Shown: positions 9,891 through 18,469, counted from the first letter of the stretch. The stretch is DNA of 64,000 nt from Candidatus Moraniibacteriota bacterium (GCA_026396275.1 JAPLXC010000004.1:1193-65192), one strand, 5' to 3'. Program-made: numbers and translations. The notes: a model not told the origin generated them from the letters alone.

Positions 9891-10547
9891 ATGAGAGTAA
9901 TTTATCTTGATCTTAATGACGAACATAAATTTAATTTGGCAATTTCTGAAGCAGTTCAATATTTAAAAGAGGGTAAAATTATTATTTATCCAACAGACAC
10001 AATTTACGGAATGGGGTGCGACGCGTTTTGCGAAAGAGCGATAGATAAAATTTTTTCCATCAAGGGGCGGGAAAATATGAAGCCGCTCTCTATTCTCGTG
10101 AAAGACATTGAAGAAATAAGAAAATATTCATTTGTTGACAGCAAAAGAGAAAAAATTATTTCTGCTCTGCTCCCCGGCCCTTTCACTCTCATTCTTCCGG
10201 AGGCAAAAAATATTCCCAAACTGGTAACTGGCGGAAAAAACGCCATCGGAGTAAGAATTCCAGACAATCCTATTACCAAGAAGCTTTTGAAAAGCTTTGA
10301 GCGTCCCATAGTCAGCACTTCAGTGAATATCTCCGGCAGAGAGCCCCTAAGCGACCCGTTTAAAATCGTTGAGGAATTCAAGATTAAAAAAATTCGGCCG
10401 GATTTAATTCTGGACTGCGGAAAAATTCCTAACGCGCGCCCCTCGGTCATCGTGGACATAACCAGAGAAAACCCGCAGATAAAAAGGAGTGAAATATTGA
10501 GCGTTCAAGAAGTTAGAAAACTGTTGCAAAAATTAAGCGCGCTTTAA
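9891..10547 (+). CDS. tsaC: L-threonylcarbamoyladenylate synthase (YrdC/Sua5 domain)
   Basis: YrdC motifs IIIYPTDTIYGMGCDA ... SIKGRENMKPLSILV. Confidence 0.8.
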   Translation: MRVIYLDLNDEHKFNLAISEAVQYLKEGKIIIYPTDTIYGMGCDAFCERAIDKIFSIKGRENMKPLSILVKDIEEIRKYSFVDSKREKIISALLPGPFTLILPEAKNIPKLVTGGKNAIGVRIPDNPITKKLLKSFERPIVSTSVNISGREPLSDPFKIVEEFKIKKIRPDLILDCGKIPNARPSVIVDITRENPQIKRSEILSVQEVRKLLQKLSAL

Positions 10548-10577
10548 CGCTAAATACAAAGTACCGGAACTAAAATT

Positions 10578-12407
10578 ATGTGCGGAATTATTGGCTACAC
10601 CGGAAAACAAAACGCAGCCCCTATTCTAATTGAAGGACTAAAACGTCTTGAGTACCGCGGCTATGACAGCGCCGGCTTAGCAGTGGTTAATAATGGAAAA
10701 ATTTTTGAGTCCAAAGCAGTCGGTAAAGTGGCAGAACTCGAAAATAAAATAAACGGGAAAAATATTTCCGGAACTGCCGGCATTGCTCATACCCGCTGGG
10801 CGACTCACGGGAAACCCAGCGATCAAAACTCGCATCCTCATAGTGATTGCCGGGGTGAAATTTATCTGGTTCACAATGGAATTATCGAAAACTACAAGGA
10901 GTTAAAAGACAAGCTTGCTAAAAAAGGTCACAAATTTTCTTCAGAAACGGACAGTGAAATTATTGCCCACCTTATTGAAGAACTGACCAAAAAAATGGAT
11001 TTTGAAGAAGCAGTTATTGAAGCGCTTAAAAATCTAAAAGGTACTTATGGCTTGGCAATCATAAATAAAAAATTTCCAAGAAGAATTATCGCCGCCAGAA
11101 TGGGAAGTCCCTTAGTAATCGGTCTGGGCCACAATGAAAATATTATCGCTTCGGATGTTTCGGCCATAGTGCGGCATACGGATAAAGTAATTTATCTTGA
11201 AGATGGAGAGGTGGCAACAATCGAGCCGGATAATTACGAAGTAACAAACATCAAAAAGCAAAAAGTTGACAAGAAAATAACAAAACTTGATTGGACGATT
11301 GAAAAGGCCCAGAAGGGGGGATTTGCCCATTTTATGCTCAAAGAAATTTTTGAGCAGCCGGAAGTGGTAGGAAACGCCACTCGTGGGCGATTGGTTGTTC
11401 CTGAAGGAATGGCGAAACTTGGGGGCCTGCGTGATGTTTCTGAAAGATTGCGGGAGTTGGAGAGAATAATCATAGTCAGTTGTGGAACATCATATTATGC
11501 CGGACTGGTCGGAGAATATATGCTGGAAGAATATGCCGGGATTCCCGTTGAAGTAGAATACGCCAGCGAATTCCGTTATCGCAAGCCAATTCTTGATAAA
11601 AACACGGCAGTACTGGCCATTTCCCAATCGGGAGAAACAGCTGATACTTTAGCTGCCATTCGGGAGGCAAAAAACAAAGGAGCGCTGACTCTCGGAATTG
11701 TAAATGTCGTTGGGTCAACTATTGCCCGTGAAACAGACGCTGGGGTCTACAATCATGCCGGTCCGGAAATTGGAGTAGCTTCAACGAAGTCGCTTACCTC
11801 GCAGTTAAGCGTTTTAGTACTGATAACCTTGCTTATGGGGCGCCAAAGAGCAATGTCATATGTTATGGGAAAAAGAATTGCCAGTGAAATGGCAAAAATC
11901 CCCAAACTTATTTCGACGATTCTCAAAAAATCAAACGAGGTTAAAAAAATTGCCAAGAAATACGCAAAATACGAAAACTTTTTGTATATGGGAAGAAAAT
12001 ATAATTATCCGATTGCCTGCGAAGGAGCACTCAAGATTAAAGAAATTTCCTATATCCACGCCGAGGGCTACCCGTCAGGTGAGATGAAACACGGACCAAT
12101 CGCCCTAATTTCCGAAAATTTCCCTTCAGTGTTTATAGTTCCCCGTGACAGCGTTTACGAAAAAAACCTAAGCGGAATGCAGGAAATTAAAGCCAGAGAA
12201 GGTTCCATTATCACCGTAGCTACGCAAGGTGACAAAAAAATCAGAAAAATCGCCGATGACGTTATTTATATTCCTAAGACACTGGAGATGCTTACTCCAC
12301 TTTTATCAATTGTTCCATTACAACTGCTGGCTTACTATGTAGGAACTCTCAAGGGCTACGATGTTGATAAGCCGAGAAATTTGGCAAAAAGTGTGACGGT
12401 TGAGTAG
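10578..12407 (+). CDS. glmS: Glutamine--fructose-6-phosphate aminotransferase
   Basis: N-terminal MCGIIGY (Ntn Cys), two SIS domains, C-terminal ...KSVTVE. Confidence 0.9.
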   Translation: MCGIIGYTGKQNAAPILIEGLKRLEYRGYDSAGLAVVNNGKIFESKAVGKVAELENKINGKNISGTAGIAHTRWATHGKPSDQNSHPHSDCRGEIYLVHNGIIENYKELKDKLAKKGHKFSSETDSEIIAHLIEELTKKMDFEEAVIEALKNLKGTYGLAIINKKFPRRIIAARMGSPLVIGLGHNENIIASDVSAIVRHTDKVIYLEDGEVATIEPDNYEVTNIKKQKVDKKITKLDWTIEKAQKGGFAHFMLKEIFEQPEVVGNATRGRLVVPEGMAKLGGLRDVSERLRELERIIIVSCGTSYYAGLVGEYMLEEYAGIPVEVEYASEFRYRKPILDKNTAVLAISQSGETADTLAAIREAKNKGALTLGIVNVVGSTIARETDAGVYNHAGPEIGVASTKSLTSQLSVLVLITLLMGRQRAMSYVMGKRIASEMAKIPKLISTILKKSNEVKKIAKKYAKYENFLYMGRKYNYPIACEGALKIKEISYIHAEGYPSGEMKHGPIALISENFPSVFIVPRDSVYEKNLSGMQEIKAREGSIITVATQGDKKIRKIADDVIYIPKTLEMLTPLLSIVPLQLLAYYVGTLKGYDVDKPRNLAKSVTVE

Positions 12408-12567
12408 ATTATAGTGTTATCCCTTAAGGAACAGCGACTTTACGGTGTGAATAAAACGAATCTTACAAAAAAGATCAGGCGAGAACCCTGTTCTTTAATT
12501 TTCTTAATATTTAGATTATTCCACTTGGCAACGATCGCGGCTATCTGGAATAATCAGTTTTTTTACT

Positions 12568-13011
12568 TTATTCTCCGATAATCTGCAAAGCGATTTTTCG
12601 CGGGCGGGAACGGTCAAGTTCTACGGCAAAAATTCTTTGCCAAGTTCCCAGTTGAAGCTGATTCTTAACGATGTTGAGAAAAGTCGAAGTGGGGAGATGA
12701 ATGGATTTCACGTGAGCGTGGCCGTTGGAGCATTCATTGTCGCACATGTTAACAGTACGGATTTCAAAATTGTCGTGAAGATATTTATAGGTTCGGGGCG
12801 CCAATCTTTCCAAAAGCACTTTCATGTCCTTGATGAGCAATGGTTCAGCTTCGTTGACGATAATGGCCATGGTAGTATGGAGCGACTGGATATTTATCAC
12901 TCCGTTTTTGATACCGGCTTCTTTTATTTTCTTCTGGATTTTTTCGGTGACGTCGATGAAATCCAGAGTAGCGTTAGTCTTAAGGTTAATAATGTGATTA
13001 ATGATTTTCAT
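12568..13011 (-). CDS. YjbQ/UPF0047 family protein (secondary thiamine-phosphate synthase-like)
   Basis: Length and motifs (NGHAHVKS, LQLGTWQRIF) fit the YjbQ family. Confidence 0.55.
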   Translation of the reverse strand: MKIINHIINLKTNATLDFIDVTEKIQKKIKEAGIKNGVINIQSLHTTMAIIVNEAEPLLIKDMKVLLERLAPRTYKYLHDNFEIRTVNMCDNECSNGHAHVKSIHLPTSTFLNIVKNQLQLGTWQRIFAVELDRSRPRKIALQIIGE

Positions 13012-13128
13012 AGCTGTGCTTAATTATTATAATATCCGTTATTATAATCCTTTTTGGATAGAATTTAAAGATTTTGTCAAGATGGCAATGATTTTGATTT
13101 TTCCTTGAATTAACAATATAATGGCCTT

Positions 13129-13965
13129 ATGCTAAGCGAAGTTTTGCAATCAGTAGTGCTGGGAGTTGTACAGGGATTAGGAGAGTTTTTGCCAATTTCT
13201 TCAACGGCCCATTTAATACTTGTACCCTATTTTTTCTGCTGGAAAGATCTGGGATTGGCTTTTGACGTGGCGCTGCATATCGGGACGCTCATTGCCGTAT
13301 TAGCATATTTTTATTCTGATTGGATTAAAATTTTTGATCTGGCGATTGATAATTTAAAATTAAAAAAAGCAATTTGCAATAATTCACTATCCCGCGGCCG
13401 CGGGATAATGTACAATCGGAATTTATTGTGGTTTTTGGTTATTGCCACCATCCCTGGGATACTAGCTGGATATTTTTTGGAAGAAAAAGCGGAAACAATT
13501 TTTCGCAGTCCCTTGCTTATCGCGTTCACGCTGGCTTTTTTTGGACTCATACTCTATCTGGTTGACCGCCGCGTTCAGCATAAAAAAACACTGGGAGAAA
13601 TCACTTCTTTAGATTCAATTATTATCGGCCTCTCTCAAGCCATAGCTATTATTCCGGGAATTTCTCGATCCGGTGCCACTATTACGGCGGGGCTTTTCCA
13701 AAAATTGGACCGGGTAAATGCTGCTCGGTTTTCATTTCTTCTTTCCACTCCGATAATTTTCGGGGCGGCAGTGTTTAAGCTTCCTCACCTTTTTCGCGAA
13801 GGAATAAATATTGCCATGGCAGTCGGCGTGCTAACCTCCGCCATTAGCGGATACCTAGCGATAAAATATCTTTTGAAATTCGTACAGAAATCAAGCTATG
13901 CAATTTTCTTTTGGTATCGCTTGGTATTGTCACTGGCAATAGTTCTTGTTTATTTTTTGAAGTAG
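13129..13965 (+). CDS. uppP: Undecaprenyl-diphosphatase
   Basis: GLGEFLPISSTAHL motif and a multi-TM profile. Confidence 0.85.
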   Translation: MLSEVLQSVVLGVVQGLGEFLPISSTAHLILVPYFFCWKDLGLAFDVALHIGTLIAVLAYFYSDWIKIFDLAIDNLKLKKAICNNSLSRGRGIMYNRNLLWFLVIATIPGILAGYFLEEKAETIFRSPLLIAFTLAFFGLILYLVDRRVQHKKTLGEITSLDSIIIGLSQAIAIIPGISRSGATITAGLFQKLDRVNAARFSFLLSTPIIFGAAVFKLPHLFREGINIAMAVGVLTSAISGYLAIKYLLKFVQKSSYAIFFWYRLVLSLAIVLVYFLK

Positions 13966-13973
13966 TTTCGCAG

Positions 13974-14209
13974 TGGGCACACCAAGATTCGAACTTGGGA
14001 CCTCGTCATTATCAGCTTGCCCCGCACTAAAATTCAATCTTTGTTTATACTTTTAGTGGGCGATGGAAGACTCGAACTTCCGACCTCGTCATTATCAGTG
14101 ACGCGCTCTAACCAACTGAGCTAATCGCCCAAATACTTCTTGAATTTTTAGTGCGGGGTGAACGCTCTATGCCTGCCGGCAGGCAGGTAACCAACTGAGC
14201 TATGTGCCC
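13974..14209 (-). tRNA. Interrupted tRNA-Ile(GAT)-like gene: 5' part (14163..14209) and 3' part (13974..14019) separated by ~139 nt that contain a complete tRNA-Ile. Possible intron-containing or split tRNA, or a pseudogene
   Basis: The 5' part reads GGGCACATAGCTCAGTTGGTTA, then a 20-nt insert holding a 16-nt perfect palindrome, then GAGCG. The 3' part reads CTGATAATGACGAGGTCCCAAGTTCGAATCTTGGTGTGCCCA. Acceptor (GGGCACA/TGTGCCC) and T-stem pair perfectly. The insert is flanked by CCCCGCACTAAAA / TTTTAGTGCGGGG. The 5' strand of the anticodon stem is not cleanly recoverable. Confidence 0.4.
14057..14130 (-). tRNA. tRNA-Ile (anticodon GAT), intact, nested inside the interrupted tRNA locus
   Basis: Manual fold: acceptor GGGCGAT/ATCGCCC, D-arm GCTC-AGTTGGTTA-GAGC, anticodon arm CGTCA-CTGATAA-TGACG, T-arm GGAAG-TTCGAGT-CTTCC, discriminator A. 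No encoded CCA. Confidence 0.85.
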
Positions 14210-14216
14210 TTATCCG

Positions 14217-14289
14217 TGGACCGTGCCGGAATCGAACCGGCTGCCTCCGCAGTGCAAATGCGGCGCTCTACCAGGTGAGCTAACGGCCC
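14217..14289 (-). tRNA. tRNA-Ala (anticodon TGC)
   Basis: Manual fold: GGGCCGT-TA-GCTC-ACCTGGT-AGAGC-G-CCGCA-TTTGCAC-TGCGG-AGGCA-GCCGG-TTCGATT-CCGGC-ACGGTCC-A. Confidence 0.85.
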
Positions 14290-14365
14290 TGCGAGAGGCT
14301 TATACTTAATAAAATAACACTAAAAGCTATTATAACCAATTTTTTCAATTTGTCCAGATCCCAAT

Positions 14366-14393
14366 TTGACAAAAAATCTGCTTATTATACAAT
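14366..14393 (+). promoter_or_regulatory. Candidate sigma70-type promoter (TTGACA-16-TACAAT) for secE-nusG, followed by a short GC hairpin (14402..14420)
   Basis: Consensus hexamers read directly, then aagccctcggggcttttt. Confidence 0.35.
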
Positions 14394-14515
14394 AATGTAA
14401 AAGCCCTCGGGGCTTTTTAAAAAAGGGCATAATCTCGAAACCCGCAACCTGAAACCTAAAAATCAACATATCAATATGTTTGAATCCAAATGGTTACAGG
14501 TTACAGGCTACAGGA

Positions 14516-14704
14516 ATGATTAATAAAGTTGTCACATTTATAAAAGAAGCACGGATTGAACTGAAAAAAGTTAACTGGCCGTCAAAAAAGCAAACTATTA
14601 ACTACACACTGATAGTTATTGGAATAAGCTTGGCAGTAGCGGCTTTTTTGGGAGGGCTGGATTATGTGTTTGGATATTTATTGAAGGTATTTATTATCAA
14701 ATAG
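14516..14704 (+). CDS. secE: Preprotein translocase subunit SecE
   Basis: 63 aa with one C-terminal TM (TLIVIGISLAVAAFLGGLDYVF). Immediately upstream of nusG. Start chosen at MINKVV. Confidence 0.75.
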   Translation: MINKVVTFIKEARIELKKVNWPSKKQTINYTLIVIGISLAVAAFLGGLDYVFGYLLKVFIIK

Positions 14705-14795
14705 ATAACTCGAATATCCCGAAAAATTAAACCGAATGACCCGAAAATTTTTTCGAATCATTCGGGTAATAATTCGCAGATTCGGGTTATATTAC
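14703..14795. repeat. Tandem degenerate AATTCGGGTA / CGAAT..CCCGAA motif array just upstream of nusG
   Basis: Four to five imperfect copies read directly. A related array lies at 40600..40670. Confidence 0.5.
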
Positions 14796-14799
14796 AAAA

Positions 14800-15345
14800 A
14801 TGGCGAAGCAAACGCAACATCACGGAAGAGCTTGGTATGTAATCCATACTTATTCCGGATATGAAGATAACGTCTCGCGCAATTTGCGCCAGCGTATTGA
14901 ATCAATGGATATGCAGGATTTGATTTTTGACGTGATTGTGCCTAAGGAAAAGAAGATTAAGATTAAAAACGGAAAAAGGGCAGTAATTGAAGAAAGAATT
15001 TATCCCGGCTATGTTCTGGTAGAAATGATCGTGACTGATGCTTCCTGGTACGTGGTGCGCAATACTCCTAATGTAACCGGCTTTATTGGATTGGGAACAA
15101 CTCCGACGCCGGTTGATCCAAAAGAAATAGAACTGCTCAAAAAGCGGATGGGCGTGGCCGAGCCGAAATACAAGATTGACGTGAAGCCGGGAGACGCCGT
15201 GAAAATAAATGATGGACCGTTTAAAGATTTTGACGGTAAAATTCAGGAAGTTGACGAGGAAAAAGGAAAAATCAAAGTGCTAGTATCGATATTTGGAAGA
15301 GAAACACCGGTAGAATTGGACTTTTTACAGGTGAAGAAGATTTAG
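14800..15345 (+). CDS. nusG: Transcription termination/antitermination factor NusG
   Basis: NGN domain (WYVIHTYSGYE) and C-terminal KOW (GDAVKINDGPFKDFDGKIQEVD). Confidence 0.9.
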   Translation: MAKQTQHHGRAWYVIHTYSGYEDNVSRNLRQRIESMDMQDLIFDVIVPKEKKIKIKNGKRAVIEERIYPGYVLVEMIVTDASWYVVRNTPNVTGFIGLGTTPTPVDPKEIELLKKRMGVAEPKYKIDVKPGDAVKINDGPFKDFDGKIQEVDEEKGKIKVLVSIFGRETPVELDFLQVKKI

Positions 15346-15507
15346 TAGGTATGGCTATCCCGCACCAATTCCGAACATAGTTTTACGTAAAGTAAAGTTA
15401 TATCCACGGAATCGCCTGCGGCTTAGTTCTGGTAATTATTAAATTTTTACAATGAATTAGTGCGGGATGCTCATTTTTTTAGCTACTCACTACGCTCATA
15501 GACAAAA

Positions 15508-15930
15508 ATGGCAAAGAAAATCAAAACAGTGGTAAAATTGCAAATTCCAGCCGGAAAAGCTACTCCAGCTCCTCCTATTGGGCCGGCCTTAGGCCAGCAT
15601 GGACTGAATATCCAGGATTTTTGCGTGAAATTTAACGAAAAGACAAAAGACAAAGGAGAAGATGTTATTCCAGTGGAAATCACCATTTACGAGGACCGGA
15701 CTTTTGAATTTATTATGAAAACTCCTCCGGCGGCGGAACTTCTCAAAAAAGCGGCTGGCATTGAAAAAGGAGCGGCTAATCCCTTGAAAGACAAGGCGGG
15801 AAAAGTGACCAAAGAGCAAATTCGCCAAATTGCCCAAACCAAAATGGCCGATCTTAATGCCAATGATATTGAAGGAGCGGAAAAAATTGTAGAAGGGACG
15901 GCAAGGAGCATGGGGATAAAAATAGAGTAA
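15508..15930 (+). CDS. rplK: 50S ribosomal protein L11
   Basis: [27 protein letters not shown]. Confidence 0.9.
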   Translation: MAKKIKTVVKLQIPAGKATPAPPIGPALGQHGLNIQDFCVKFNEKTKDKGEDVIPVEITIYEDRTFEFIMKTPPAAELLKKAAGIEKGAANPLKDKAGKVTKEQIRQIAQTKMADLNANDIEGAEKIVEGTARSMGIKIE

Positions 15931-16012
15931 TTCTCTACGAAGTACGAACGCCTACGAAACTACGAAAATATAAATTAAAGTTCGTAATTTCGTAAATTTC
16001 GTAATTTGTAGA
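15931..16012. repeat. Intergenic TACGAA/TTCGTA repeat palindrome (rplK-rplA leader). Member of a dispersed AATTCTCTACGAA...TACGAA motif family
   Basis: taattctctacgaagtacgaacgcctacgaaactacgaaaat ... agttcgtaatttcgtaaatttcgtaatttgtag. The two arms are roughly complementary. Confidence 0.5.
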
Positions 16013-16020
16013 CACATCGT

Positions 16021-16695
16021 ATGAAACGCGGAAAGAAGTATAAAACTGTCGCGGAAAAAATTGATAAGAATAAATCTTATCCTATTGATGAGGCGGTTAA
16101 GCTTGTCAGGGAAAAAAAAATCGCCAAATTCGATGAATCAGTCGAAATTCATATTAAGCTTTCCATTGATACCAAAAAGGGCGAAGAGCAAGTGCGGGGA
16201 ACTGTAGTTCTTCCTCACGGAACGGGAAAAAGCAAAAAGGTGGCGGTCATTACTTCAACCAAGGTAAGGGAAGCCAAAGATGCAAAAGCGGATATTGTCG
16301 GTGGCGAAGAAATGATAACCAAACTAAAAAGCGGAAAATTCAACTTTGATGTTTTAGTAGCCACTCCCGAAATGATGCCGCGCCTGGCTTCAATCGCCAA
16401 GATTCTGGGACCCAAGGGACTGATGCCCAGCCCCAAAACGGAAACCGTTACGGAAAAAGTGAAAGAAACAGTAGAAATGCTTAAAAAAGGAAAAGTCAAT
16501 TTCAAAAACGATGACACTGGAAACATCCATCAAATAATCGGCAAAGTTTCTTTTACTGAGGAGCAGCTCAAAGGAAATTTTGAAGCATTTCTGGAAGCAG
16601 TTAAAAAAGCAAAACCAGCTACAGTGAAAGGAAAATTTATTAAGTCAATTTCAGTTTGTTCCACAATGGGCCCGGGAATTAAAATTGGGATATAG
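16021..16695 (+). CDS. rplA: 50S ribosomal protein L1
   Basis: Typical L1 N-terminus and length, following rplK. Confidence 0.9.
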   Translation: MKRGKKYKTVAEKIDKNKSYPIDEAVKLVREKKIAKFDESVEIHIKLSIDTKKGEEQVRGTVVLPHGTGKSKKVAVITSTKVREAKDAKADIVGGEEMITKLKSGKFNFDVLVATPEMMPRLASIAKILGPKGLMPSPKTETVTEKVKETVEMLKKGKVNFKNDDTGNIHQIIGKVSFTEEQLKGNFEAFLEAVKKAKPATVKGKFIKSISVCSTMGPGIKIGI

Positions 16696-16717
16696 AATTA
16701 AGAATTATAGATATGCA

Positions 16718-16743
16718 AAAAGATGCTTGAAAGCATCTTTTTA
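16718..16743 (+). terminator. Rho-independent terminator after rplA
   Basis: agatgctt-ga-aagcatct stem followed by TTTT. Confidence 0.5.
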
Positions 16744-16814
16744 AATTTGTTGACATTTATGATTTAATATTTTAGGATGTTATGAAGCTCTTTAAAATAA
16801 AAGGGAGGTAAAAA

Positions 16815-17831
16815 ATGAATATAAAGGTAAGGAAGATAAGGGAAGATGCTAAAGTTCCAATTAGGGCATCTGATGGTGCAGTAGGATATGATGTTTTTGC
16901 TTCAAGGGTACTGGATAAATTTACCAAGGAAGTAATTCAGGATTTGCCGGTAGAAATACTTGGTGGCGCTAGTGTATTAATCGGTATTGGAGTAAAAATG
17001 GCTGTGCCCTGGCCGTATGAGTGCCAAGTTAGACCCAGGAGTGGTCTTGCGAGTAAATTTGACATCGAACTTTCTAATTCTCCAGGAACAATAGATCCCG
17101 ACTTCAGGGGCGAAGCAGGTGTTCTTTTGAGAAATAGAGGAAAAGAAACTTTTGTTGTGGAAAAGAATATGAGAATTGCTCAATTAATTTTCTCTAAAGT
17201 CGAAATCCCGATTTTAGAAGAAACGAAAGAGCTCCCTGCAACTAGGAGGGGAACTGGCGGTTTTGGATCAACAGGACTTCATGGAGATGGATTAGGGACT
17301 GATGAATATAATGAATACATAAAAGAAATGGATAGGTATTATATGAGAGTGGTTCTTGCAGTAGCGGATCGCTCCACATGTGTCAGGGGGGTAAAAAAAG
17401 TAAATGGTAAATATGAAAGAGATAAAAAGGGAAAATTGGTTGGCCAGAATCGCAGATTCGGTTGTGTGATTGTGAAGAATGATAATATCCTTGCTCAAGG
17501 TTTTAATGACCAATATTACGGTTCTCCAAAATGTGCTGACGCAGGATGTTTGAGGGAGGAGTTGAATATTCCCTCTGGTACGCAAATTGAAAAATGCAGA
17601 GCAATGCATGCCGAGTGGTGGGCATTCACTAATGCAGGTAAAATGGATAGCTCGCCGACACTTAAAGGTGCTACTGTCTATGTCAATGCGGAACCATGCG
17701 AAATATGCGCAAAGATGATTGTTGGTTTTGAGATTGATACAGTTGTTTTACTAAAAGGTATTTATCCAACTAATGGCATCAGGATTTTAAAAGAAGGAGG
17801 AGTGAATATAAGGTATATTGAAATTAATTAA
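16815..17831 (+). CDS. Fusion protein: N-terminal dUTPase-like domain plus C-terminal dCMP/cytidine deaminase zinc-binding domain
   Basis: N-terminal half has dUTPase motifs (GYDVFAS, GTIDPDFRGE, RRGTGGFGSTG). C-terminal half has the deaminase signature HAEWWA...PCEICAKMI. Confidence 0.7.
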   Translation: MNIKVRKIREDAKVPIRASDGAVGYDVFASRVLDKFTKEVIQDLPVEILGGASVLIGIGVKMAVPWPYECQVRPRSGLASKFDIELSNSPGTIDPDFRGEAGVLLRNRGKETFVVEKNMRIAQLIFSKVEIPILEETKELPATRRGTGGFGSTGLHGDGLGTDEYNEYIKEMDRYYMRVVLAVADRSTCVRGVKKVNGKYERDKKGKLVGQNRRFGCVIVKNDNILAQGFNDQYYGSPKCADAGCLREELNIPSGTQIEKCRAMHAEWWAFTNAGKMDSSPTLKGATVYVNAEPCEICAKMIVGFEIDTVVLLKGIYPTNGIRILKEGGVNIRYIEIN

Positions 17832-17840
17832 GACCTAGAA

Positions 17841-17875
17841 AGGCTCTTAGTTTGAATAAACTAAGAGCTTTTTCC
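17841..17875 (+). terminator. Rho-independent terminator
   Basis: gctcttag / ctaagagc stem followed by TTTTT. Confidence 0.5.
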
Positions 17876-17891
17876 TTTATTAAGCCGTTTT

Positions 17892-17920
17892 TTGACAAGT
17901 TTGGCTAAAGGCGGTACAAT
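17892..17920 (+). promoter_or_regulatory. Candidate sigma70 promoter TTGACA-17-TACAAT
   Basis: Read directly, 25 nt upstream of the dCMP deaminase start. Confidence 0.45.
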
Positions 17921-17944
17921 GAAATAACTGATTACTAACTTCCT

Positions 17945-18469
17945 ATGGCTAAAAAAGCTTTAAAAAAGAAAAATAAAAAGAGCGAGGAAAAGTATATTCG
18001 TCCGTCTTGGGATGAGTATTTTTTAGATCTAGTAGAAGCTGTTGGAAAAAGAGCTACCTGTGATAGAGGGAGAACAAGCTGTATAATTGTTCGCGAAAAA
18101 AGAATTCTTTCCACCGGTTATGTCGGTTCACCAATCGGAGCCAAGCACTGCGACGATGCGGGGCATGAGATACACACGGTTATCCAAGAGGATGGCACTC
18201 AATCTCGGCATTGCATCAGAACCAGCCACGCGGAGCAGAATGCTATTGCCAATGCTGCCAGATTCGGTATGCCTCTGGAAGGCGGAACACTTTATGCCCA
18301 TATGGCTCCCTGCTACACTTGCGCCAAAATGATTATAAACTCCGGGATAAAAAGAGTGGTCTGCCGGGTTGATTATCATGGCGCCAAACGCGCTAAAGAA
18401 ATTTTCAAGGAATGCGGGATTGAATTTGAACAGATTGAAGATAAAATGCAAACTTATAAAGATATGTAA
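17945..18469 (+). CDS. dCMP deaminase (ComEB-type)
   Basis: HAEQNAI...PCYTCAKMIINSGIKRVV. Confidence 0.8.
   Translation: MAKKALKKKNKKSEEKYIRPSWDEYFLDLVEAVGKRATCDRGRTSCIIVREKRILSTGYVGSPIGAKHCDDAGHEIHTVIQEDGTQSRHCIRTSHAEQNAIANAARFGMPLEGGTLYAHMAPCYTCAKMIINSGIKRVVCRVDYHGAKRAKEIFKECGIEFEQIEDKMQTYKDM

Noticed and set aside
12637-13023. 128-aa plus-strand ORF antisense to the YjbQ-family gene
   Set aside because: It overlaps a better-supported minus-strand gene completely and has no RBS or motif.
14019-14163. Group I or group II intron in the interrupted tRNA
   Set aside because: The inserted segment is only about 139 nt. It is almost fully accounted for by a tRNA-Ile gene plus short spacers, and it lacks the P/Q/R/S or domain V elements.
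13966-14300. Integrated prophage or genomic island at the tRNA cluster
   Set aside because: No integrase or phage genes flank the tRNAs. The neighbouring genes are uppP and secE-nusG.
14472-14512. TACAGG x3 tandem (ggttacaggttacaggctacagg) before secE
   Set aside because: Too short and unique in this window to interpret. Possibly part of the RBS region.
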